Of a stretch of 27,876 nt of DNA, positions 9,751 to 18,799 are shown piece by piece (position 1 is the stretch's first letter; the number at the start of each line of letters is the position of its first letter). The position numbers and the translations under genes were made by a program. The notes beneath the pieces are model-generated. The model worked only from the letters and a program-made list of their open reading frames with translations. It had not been told where the DNA came from and searched no databases. The DNA is from Bdellovibrionota bacterium FG-1 (GTDB taxonomy: Bacteria > Bdellovibrionota > UBA1018): NCBI GenBank assembly GCA_051382295.1, contig JBBCAW010000133.1, positions 1 through 27,876 of the forward strand, read 5' to 3'.

Positions 9751-9779
9751 ATTAAAATTTACTTGATTTTTTTAGTCAA
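9751..9779 (-). promoter_or_regulatory. Sigma70-type promoter of the antitoxin-NTase operon
   Basis: Minus-strand TTGACT (9779-9774), 17 nt spacer, TTTAAT (9756-9751), in an AT-rich intergenic region. Confidence 0.7.
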
Positions 9780-9805
9780 CCAAAAGAAAATAAAGAAAGT
9801 AACTA

Positions 9806-11179
9806 GAACTCGGGGGAGTTTATGAAATTCAATATTATTCTTCTGGCTGTCGCATTGGGAGCTATGGGCACAGGTTGCACGAAGCATTCAACGTCGTCGA
9901 CGGAAGCAGTGGATTCATCGGGCACGGGAGTGACCGTCTCGGAGCCAACGACTCAGGGGGCCGGAACTGAAATTACCGCTCCTGCTGCCACACAACCAGA
10001 AACTACTCCGACTGCAGCCGCCGCAGCGCTACCCACGCCTTTGCTACCGATGTGGGACATCACCGTGGGCACTCGCCACGCCTGCGCTTTGGACTCCAAG
10101 AACCAGGTTTGGTGTTGGGGCGATAATACGAATAAGCAGTTAGGCAATTTAACAGATCCAAAAACCTTGAAATCCTCTAGTACTCCTGTGTACGTTGATA
10201 TCAGCGTCAATGGGAGCAAAGATAAGGTGATCTCGCTAGCAGCAGGAGGAAACTTCACCTGTGCCATTGTCGATCCTCTGGTCGGCGGAAAAGCAAACGT
10301 AACCAACCAAAAAGCCGTCTGCTGGGGCGCTGACTCCACTCATTACAACACATTCGCGCTCGGCGTGGGCTCGTCAAGCAGCGTTAGCTCTAATCAATAT
10401 GTACAGGATGTTGGCACAAAGACAGATCTGGCAAATGTGACCCAACTCGCTCCGGGAAATTCCCATGCTTGTGCACTTCTTAGGAGTTTATCGGTTTATT
10501 GCTGGGGATCAGGGGGATCCGGCTCCCTGGGAATAGGAACTACTTTCGACTATACAGCCGCCACGTTTGTTACTGCGGGTGTAGGTCAACTGTCTACCTC
10601 GCATAATACCACTTGCGCAAAAACCACAGTGATCAATAACAAAATACTCAAATGCAACGGCTACTGTTGGGGCGCAAATGACCTGGGTCAAATTCCAGGA
10701 CAGAGCCCCACATCTCTACTTAAGCCAACTTCTATCCTATCAACCTCACCCACAATGTTTACATTACTCAGTGATTCTAAAAGCGCTTGCCAGCTTCAGG
10801 GTGGAGCTCTTGCATGCTATAGTGGTTTGCAGGCCGCTCTTGCGTTTACAATACCCAGCATCGACTCTGCTTATCTCGGAGGTGGGGTTTCCTGCACTCT
10901 CACTGCCGGCATAGCAAAATGCTGGGGTTCTGTTCTACGCGGCATTTCCAAACTTTTCGGCACTTATGACAAGCCAAAAACCCTGTCTTCTCAGTCTGTC
11001 ACTCACGTTGCCGTTGGGGACACCTCAGCTTGTCTTATCGCCAATGGTAAGGCTCAATGCTTTGGCCAGAACTCTTACGGCCAATTAGGCAACGGAACCA
11101 ATACGAACTCAGTCGATCCAGTGGAGGTCGTGGGACTATGATTTTGAACTCGGAGGAGTTTATGAAATCCAAAATTATT
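9806..11179 (+). repeat. 34 nt direct repeat (9806-9839 and 11146-11179) spanning the RBS and start of both RCC1 genes
   Basis: gaactcgggggagtttatgaaattcaatattatt versus gaactcggaggagtttatgaaatccaaaattatt, 31 of 34 identical. Confidence 0.85.
9822..11141 (+). CDS. RCC1/BLIP-II repeat beta-propeller lipoprotein (paralog 1)
   Basis: Lipobox GTGC (Cys19), Thr/Ala/Pro-rich linker, seven HxCAL...VxCWG-type repeats, GQNSYGQLG. GGGGAG RBS. Confidence 0.88.
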   Translation: MKFNIILLAVALGAMGTGCTKHSTSSTEAVDSSGTGVTVSEPTTQGAGTEITAPAATQPETTPTAAAAALPTPLLPMWDITVGTRHACALDSKNQVWCWGDNTNKQLGNLTDPKTLKSSSTPVYVDISVNGSKDKVISLAAGGNFTCAIVDPLVGGKANVTNQKAVCWGADSTHYNTFALGVGSSSSVSSNQYVQDVGTKTDLANVTQLAPGNSHACALLRSLSVYCWGSGGSGSLGIGTTFDYTAATFVTAGVGQLSTSHNTTCAKTTVINNKILKCNGYCWGANDLGQIPGQSPTSLLKPTSILSTSPTMFTLLSDSKSACQLQGGALACYSGLQAALAFTIPSIDSAYLGGGVSCTLTAGIAKCWGSVLRGISKLFGTYDKPKTLSSQSVTHVAVGDTSACLIANGKAQCFGQNSYGQLGNGTNTNSVDPVEVVGL

Positions 11180-12544
11180 TTTCTCGCTTTCGCTTTCTTA
11201 ATCGTCGGAGCAGGCTGTACAAGGCACCCGACTTCATCGACGATCACACTGGACGCCTCAAGTCACGGGGCGACCGAACCAGCCACTGGAACCATCGTAA
11301 CTCCAACGACCGAAAACCCTCCCCCTTTTGCGTTGGAAACGGGGATTCCACAAAATCCAGGTCCTACTAGCATACCTGTAGCGTCTGCAAGCCCGATTCC
11401 TCCTCCCACGGTTGTACCGCTACCTCAGCCATCGCCGACCCCCACAATCATCTCAGTCACCGTGGGTGATCGCCATGCTTGCGCCCTAGACACCAAAAAC
11501 CAGGTTTGGTGCTGGGGCGATAATACCCATAAAGAATTGGGTAACTTAACTGACCCAGTCTCTTTGCCATTTTCCACTACCCCCCAACTGGTCAAACTCA
11601 GAGTGGGAGACACCCTCGACAAGGTGACCGCAATAGCCGCAGGGAGCGACTTTACCTGCGCCATTGTCGAATCCAACCAAAAAGTGATCTGTTGGGGTGG
11701 GGATTCCACTCATTTTCTCGCTCTGGGTGCGAATATCTCAAAGAGCGTCAAATCGAATCAATATGTCCAGATATACCCGCAGCCAGGCGTAAGCCTGACC
11801 GGCGTTTCGCAAATTACGGCCGGAAAATCCCATGCCTGCGCGCTTCTCAACGACTCGTCGGTTTATTGCTGGGGCGATGGAACCCTAGGCTCCGTCGGAC
11901 AGACCCCCGCCATAAATTACTCAGCCGCCATACAGGTGGTTTTTCCACCAGGGATAGGCCTTTCTGTAAAGAAACTTTCTACTTTAAACAACACAACTTG
12001 TGCAAAGGCTTGGATGGACATTTGGAATATTATGAAATTCTACACCTATTGCTGGGGCGAAAATAAGGGGCAAATACCAGGACTAGACCCCGCAAATAGT
12101 CCTCAAAAAACACCGCTCCACATCTCAGCCCTGGACATGCAGGATGAGTTTCAACTCCTCAATAACTCGGATAGTACGTGTCAACTTCAAAACAGCAACC
12201 TCATCTGCAAGAAAGGGCTGCCTGTCGTTGTGATTCCAACTCCTTTTCCCAGCATCGACAGCGCCTATCTCGGAAGTTTACTATCCTGCATCATGACCAA
12301 GGGAGTGGTCCAATGTTGGGCCGACGAGACTATCTTGGGTGCTAAGCACAAAACCCCTGCGACGGCCATGCCCATGACCGTCGGCACCGCGCCAGCGAGT
12401 CAGGTCGCCGTAGGAAACACCTCGGGTTGCCTCATCGCCAATGGTAAAGTTAAATGTTTTGGCCAGAACGCTCTTGGCCAACTCGGCATCGGCACATCAT
12501 CGGGAGCCATCCTGACCGACCCCGTGGACCTCGTATGGAAATAA
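11162..12544 (+). CDS. RCC1/BLIP-II repeat beta-propeller lipoprotein (paralog 2)
   Basis: Start at ATG 11162 after GGAGGAG. Lipobox GAGC (Cys19), Pro/Thr-rich linker, same seven repeats as paralog 1. Confidence 0.88.
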   Translation: MKSKIIFLAFAFLIVGAGCTRHPTSSTITLDASSHGATEPATGTIVTPTTENPPPFALETGIPQNPGPTSIPVASASPIPPPTVVPLPQPSPTPTIISVTVGDRHACALDTKNQVWCWGDNTHKELGNLTDPVSLPFSTTPQLVKLRVGDTLDKVTAIAAGSDFTCAIVESNQKVICWGGDSTHFLALGANISKSVKSNQYVQIYPQPGVSLTGVSQITAGKSHACALLNDSSVYCWGDGTLGSVGQTPAINYSAAIQVVFPPGIGLSVKKLSTLNNTTCAKAWMDIWNIMKFYTYCWGENKGQIPGLDPANSPQKTPLHISALDMQDEFQLLNNSDSTCQLQNSNLICKKGLPVVVIPTPFPSIDSAYLGSLLSCIMTKGVVQCWADETILGAKHKTPATAMPMTVGTAPASQVAVGNTSGCLIANGKVKCFGQNALGQLGIGTSSGAILTDPVDLVWK

Positions 12545-12560
12545 TTTTTCAATAGCTCCT

Positions 12561-13358
12561 ATGGCCAAATCTCGATCCTTCCTTAAATGGAGTTTAAAAA
12601 TAGCCGTGCTGGGCGCGATCGGCTTGGCCGGCTACTGGGCCTTTCCTCGTTTTGAAAGCCAGCCCCCAAACCAGGCCAATCAAACCGTCCGCGAAATGGC
12701 CAAATTTTTAGAAACCGCGCCACCCTCCACACTGCGCCAACTCACCGACCCCACGCTTCGAAAGCCCGCTCAAACAGCAGCCACCGCCCCTGTGCCTCAA
12801 GAGCCCCCCCCTCCAAACATTCGAGACCTAGCCGATTCCTACGCTCCATATCTTCAAGGGTCCCCAAAAGCAGCCTTCATGGCTCAATGGATGGCGCTCA
12901 ATAAACTCGGCACAGATCCCCCTACCGGCGGCGAAGGCCTCGACGGCATGGATCGCACCGCGCTCATGCAAGAACTCATGAAGGAGCCCGAAGTCCTCAC
13001 CCAGGACCTCGGTTACGCGCTCGAACAAATTCCAGAGTCTGCCACCCAAGAACGCCTGTCACTCTTGGCCTTGGCCTCCCAAATTCCAGTTACTGAAGGA
13101 GCGACTCCAGAACCCCTCAAAGCGATATTTCTCAATGAGGCGAGCCACCTCATGAACCCTGCCTTGCCCATGACCGAGGAGCAAGAAATCCGGGACGGCG
13201 ATCGTGCCGAATTCGCGCTCTCGCGCTACATTGGACTTGAAACCGATCCCGCCAAACGACACGCGATCCTCGAACGCGCCCTGCAAAGTGCCCCCCCTTA
13301 TTCGAGCATCCACCGGTATGCCGAGACGCTTTTGAATCCGGAGAATCAGACGCGGTAA
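12561..13358 (+). CDS. Hypothetical protein with N-terminal membrane anchor, Pro-rich linker and helical domain
   Basis: 265 aa ORF starting 16 nt after RCC1 paralog 2. Basic N-terminus, one hydrophobic helix, then acidic helical sequence. Confidence 0.75.
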   Translation: MAKSRSFLKWSLKIAVLGAIGLAGYWAFPRFESQPPNQANQTVREMAKFLETAPPSTLRQLTDPTLRKPAQTAATAPVPQEPPPPNIRDLADSYAPYLQGSPKAAFMAQWMALNKLGTDPPTGGEGLDGMDRTALMQELMKEPEVLTQDLGYALEQIPESATQERLSLLALASQIPVTEGATPEPLKAIFLNEASHLMNPALPMTEEQEIRDGDRAEFALSRYIGLETDPAKRHAILERALQSAPPYSSIHRYAETLLNPENQTR

Positions 13359-13479
13359 CTACCCACGATAGGCATAAGCCGGCCTTACATCTAGTTATAC
13401 CAAATGTAAAGTCTCCTTTCCATCTAGAAAGCCGCACCTTTCTATTGACTCCCCCCCGCTCAAATACTATACAACGCCC

Positions 13480-14851
13480 ATGCAAAAAATCGCTTGGGTC
13501 CTCTTTTGTGGGCTTCTGCTCACACCCGAGGCCCTTTCATGGGATGGCCACGCACCCCTCACCCACCAAACCCTCCTGGGTTTCAAATACCGCTCCGCCC
13601 CGCTTTGGAACGAACTCCACCGCCCCATCCAAGTCACCCCCCTTGAGAATTTTTTGAGCGCGGCTTTTGGCCCCCATTGCCTTCCACCACAAGCCAAACA
13701 CGGGGTTTTCGGAGGGCTCGGCAAAGACTTTAATACTTTATACACGCCCGGTATTACTTACACGATGAACGTTGATTGGGATAAGGGCATCAGCAAGGTC
13801 ACCATTCACACGATGGCCGAAGGCAATGCCCCTTCTAATCCCCAAGGTCTCGGCCACTCCGTACTTCCGCTCGATGTGATTTCCATTTACTCGGATGAAC
13901 CGGATTGGAATATGGACGATGACGTTCCGGAACTTCGCGGAAAAGGCGTGGCTCAAGCCAGCGAAGGAACCAGTACCCGACTTTTGAGACATTTCTGGTA
14001 CAAAGACGAAGAAGAAGTCGGTGTTCACTTTGACAAAGACCAGGAAACCGACCAACGGTTTCAACTCTATTATCAACTTTCCCTGATGGCCTTTTCCGTA
14101 GGCCACCCGTACTGGGGCTATCGTTTCTTAGGAAATTCACTGCACTACCTTCAGGATATGACCCAGCCTTTTCATACCAAGGCCATCATCAACGATCGCA
14201 TGATTGATAAAATTGGCATTATTCAGGCGTTTCTTTGCGATGCTCGCCATCGAAAAGATTGCCAACCCGAAACCCAAACCGTAGATGGCGCCGTAATCAA
14301 AAACGGCTGGGTCGTGGGGGCCTACCATTCTGCGTATGAAGACTTCGGACATGGACTCGTGAACTCGTCCAATCGTTTTCAAAGCGTTCTTTGGATTCAA
14401 GACCCTGATCTCGCAAATGAAAGTGAAATTGGACTGGAAGAAATAAGTTGGCCAGATTCAGCACACAATCCAGGCCTGACTGTCACTCAAGTGATTCATT
14501 CAGCACAACGCGTGGTCAACGGATTTAGCGACAATACCGGAAACCTCTCCTACAAAGCCTTTGGCTGGCAATATCGCTACGACCAAGAAATCGCAAAAAA
14601 ACAGGTTCTCATGACAGGAAGCACGCTTTCACTTCCCTATCAAATTGCGTCTCTTTTTGGTTTTTTCGACTTCAATTTGGATTCAGTTCAAACTCAAGCC
14701 GTTCAACCTTTAGTCACCCAGACTCATCAACTTTATGCACGCCTAGGAATTTGGGGGCGCCACTGGGTTGAGAAAGTCATGTTGGATTCGAATCGTTCTG
14801 AGATCCTACAGGGACTACTGCCATTGAAAAAAATCCTCACAAATCAATGCG

Positions 14852-14880
<29 letters not shown>
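13480..14880 (+). CDS. Secreted zinc-dependent phospholipase C / S1-P1 nuclease superfamily enzyme
   Basis: Signal peptide ending ALS then mature Trp1 (WDGH...H). Metal-ligand motifs SDEPD, RHF, LHYLQDMTQPFH and HSAYE. Confidence 0.82.
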
Positions 14881-16156
<1,276 letters not shown>

Positions 16157-16159
16157 ATC

Positions 16160-17077
16160 GTGGCCGGTAAAAAGATCCTGATTACCGGCGCAGCCGGTTT
16201 CATCGGCTCAAGACTGCTACCCTTTCTGATCAAGAAAGGTCATGAGGTCATTCCTTCGAGTTTTGACCTTCTTGATTTCGAAGGCATGGACAAGGCTTTT
16301 CGAACCGGCCCCTGGGACGTCATCATTCACTTGGCCGGAATCAGCCATGTCCCAGCTTGTGAAAAGAATCCAGGCCTCGCCTTTCAAAACAATCTCACGG
16401 GCACCGCGCTGCTACTTGAAGCAATCCATCGCCACTGCCCCCAGGCTTGGCTTGTTTTTGCAAGTTCGGCGCAAGTTTACGCCACTCCGCAAGGCGACGA
16501 AATTCGCCAGGGAGTGATCCTCGATGAAAACCGAACCATTGTCCCGCAAAACACCTATGCTCGGACCAAGTGGCAAGCGGAGCTTTTAATTCAAGATGCG
16601 GCTCGCCGAGAGCGCATGAAAGCGACGGTTTTAAGGCTTTTCAATCACACGCACAAATCCCAGTCGCCCGATTTCTTTTTGCCTCACCTTTATCAGACCA
16701 TCAAACAGGCGGGGCAAGAGGGCCACAAAGGCCAACCCATCCAAATTCCGGTAGGAAATCTGAATGTCTCTCGGGATATCGGCTCGGTTCAAGACCTCTT
16801 AGATGCCGTGGCGGCGCTGATCGGTCGAGCTTCCCCTCCTGAAAAATTTGAGACGTTCAATGTCTGTAGTGGCTCACCCAAACACCTCGCGACGCTTGCT
16901 GATCAGCTTGCAAAAAACCTCGACGTCAAAATTGAATTCATCACTGACCCCTCCCGCGTGCGGAAAGGGGAGCCTGAAAAAATCCAAGGATCTCATGCCC
17001 GGCTGACCGAAGCCACCGGCTGGGCTCCTCGCTGTTCGAATGAACAAACGCTTTTGGAAATGTTTCTATCGGAATGA
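16160..17077 (+). CDS. rmd: Extended SDR, probable GDP-4-keto-6-deoxy-D-mannose reductase (GDP-D-rhamnose forming)
   Basis: ITGAAGFIG, HLAGIS, YARTK, RLFNH..QSPDF and VGNLNVSRD. Directly follows gmd and does not resemble fucose synthase Fcl. Confidence 0.72.
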   Translation: MAGKKILITGAAGFIGSRLLPFLIKKGHEVIPSSFDLLDFEGMDKAFRTGPWDVIIHLAGISHVPACEKNPGLAFQNNLTGTALLLEAIHRHCPQAWLVFASSAQVYATPQGDEIRQGVILDENRTIVPQNTYARTKWQAELLIQDAARRERMKATVLRLFNHTHKSQSPDFFLPHLYQTIKQAGQEGHKGQPIQIPVGNLNVSRDIGSVQDLLDAVAALIGRASPPEKFETFNVCSGSPKHLATLADQLAKNLDVKIEFITDPSRVRKGEPEKIQGSHARLTEATGWAPRCSNEQTLLEMFLSE

Positions 17078-17083
17078 TATCAA

Positions 17084-17824
17084 ATGAAAAAATTATTGGT
17101 TTTCACCGCCACCTATAATGAAGCAGAAAATATAACAACCCTTGTTCCAGAGGTTTTCAAAACCCTTCCCGATTGCGACATGTTAGTCGTGGATGATGAT
17201 TCGCCCGATGGCACTGGCAAGATCCTCGAGCAACTCAAGATCACGTATCCCCGGCTTCACATCATTCATCGGCCAGGAAAAAGTGGACTAGGGAGCGCTC
17301 ACAAGCTGGCGATCAAATATGCGCTGACCGAAAACTATGAGGCCCTCATCACCATGGATGCGGACTTCTCACATGATCCTAAATATTTACCCGAGATGGT
17401 TCAACACCTCGAAAAAGCCGAATTTGTGATCGGATCCCGGTATATTGAAGGAGGTGGATGCGAGTATGGTCCCTTTCGCACGGCCCTGAGTGTGGGCGCC
17501 AACGCATTGGCCCGCACCCTGCTGTCACTCCCGCTTCATGAAACGACGACGGCCTATCGGGGTTATCGCCGCGCGCTCCTCGAAAAAATGGACATGGATG
17601 CGATTCATGCCGAAGGATACTCTTACTTTATTGAATCCATTTACCGCGTCACCCAAATCACGTCAAAACTGGCCGAATTCCCAATCATCTTTGTCGATCG
17701 CCGCGCCGGTAGTAGTAAAATATCGAAAAAAGAAATTTGGAATGGGCTAACCACGGTTTTTCGGTTGTTTGGAAATCGCCTACAAGGAAAGTCACTGCGC
17801 CCAAGTCGGGCTGACCGTCGCTAA
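17084..17824 (+). CDS. GT2 polyprenol monophosphomannose synthase-like enzyme (Ppm1/DPM1 family)
   Basis: ATYNEAENI, VDDDSPDGTG, GLGSA, MDADFSHDP, IGSRY and EFPIIFVDRRAGSSKIS. Confidence 0.9.
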   Translation: MKKLLVFTATYNEAENITTLVPEVFKTLPDCDMLVVDDDSPDGTGKILEQLKITYPRLHIIHRPGKSGLGSAHKLAIKYALTENYEALITMDADFSHDPKYLPEMVQHLEKAEFVIGSRYIEGGGCEYGPFRTALSVGANALARTLLSLPLHETTTAYRGYRRALLEKMDMDAIHAEGYSYFIESIYRVTQITSKLAEFPIIFVDRRAGSSKISKKEIWNGLTTVFRLFGNRLQGKSLRPSRADRR

Positions 17825-18673
17825 AACCGATTTTTCGCCGATTTTAGAAAGAAACCGTGCTGAAAAACTGGCCAAAATCAGGACATCGCTCGAGGGGTCG
17901 ACAATTTCGATGCCCGGCTCCGACAGGTCAAAATCGATCGAAATTTTTGATATTTTTTTGGCCAAATCAATCATCGACCATTGGCCGTACGAATCAACAA
18001 TACCCACTTTGATCAAAGCCAAGACCGTGGTCTGTCCCTGTTTGTTCACGAACCGCCCCGCCTGAGCCACCTCTAACAGTTGGGCGGGGGCATCAGGACG
18101 GGTTTCCGTTTCAATGACTAACGAGGCACCATCAGACGTTGCCCAATAAAAATCAGTCCCCTGTTGGATCAATAAATCACCTTGCTTGTAGACCCCCGAG
18201 TCACCCATGGCGATGCGAACCACTTTGGACTCACCATCAACCGTCAAATCCAGATCCAAATAAGAGGCTAAGATTCCGATCGAATCGGATTGACCGCTCG
18301 CACAGGCCTCACCGCTGTCTACCGCCTCCCATTCTTTGGCCCCGGCCAAATCAAAGCCTTGGTAGGTGCGACCAGCCACCCCAATCGAACCCGTTTGGCG
18401 GTTGGCCTGCCACGAAAAACCGCAAGCAACACTGGCGCTGGCCGGGAAAAAAACCGAATCCACCATTCCAGAAATATTGGTCACGGTGACCGCAGCCCCG
18501 CGCGTTACGGTTTGGGCCTGAGAAGATCGAAGACGCCCACCACTCGAAGAAACTAACTGAGTGCTTTTAAGAGTCATTGCGGCCACATGAGTGCCTATCG
18601 ACTGCGAACAGCCACTCGTCACCGAGGCGGAGGCCACCATCACCAAAAAACATAAAAACGACGCGCACTTCAC
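17792..18673 (-). CDS. Hypothetical lipoprotein, beta-rich
   Basis: Hydrophobic signal with VTSGC lipobox. 293 aa ORF filling the gap between the GT2 gene and PFOR. GTG start is uncertain. Confidence 0.7.
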   Translation of the reverse strand: MKCASFLCFLVMVASASVTSGCSQSIGTHVAAMTLKSTQLVSSSGGRLRSSQAQTVTRGAAVTVTNISGMVDSVFFPASASVACGFSWQANRQTGSIGVAGRTYQGFDLAGAKEWEAVDSGEACASGQSDSIGILASYLDLDLTVDGESKVVRIAMGDSGVYKQGDLLIQQGTDFYWATSDGASLVIETETRPDAPAQLLEVAQAGRFVNKQGQTTVLALIKVGIVDSYGQWSMIDLAKKISKISIDFDLSEPGIEIVDPSSDVLILASFSARFLSKIGEKSVLATVSPTWAQ

Positions 18674-18799
18674 CTCTCAAAATTACTGTCTCTGGAAGAG
18701 ATTGCCAATCTAAAAATATAACCACTCGTTATTATTACGCTTTACAGAAAAAACACCCTTCCTCGAAAAAACTTCTGTTAGCAATAACACAGGAGGAAT

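Noticed and set aside
11057..11161. Longer start for RCC1 paralog 2
   Set aside because: RBS, signal peptide and the duplicated start context all point to ATG 11162.
9822..12544. RCC1 pair as a diversity-generating retroelement target and template
   Set aside because: No reverse transcriptase is present, and the differences include indels and are not limited to adenines.
7806..12544. Integrated mobile element or genomic island
   Set aside because: No integrase, transposase, tRNA or flanking direct repeats seen, so boundaries cannot be supported.
18674..18799. TPP riboswitch ahead of PFOR
   Set aside because: The conserved CTGAGA and downstream core elements are absent.
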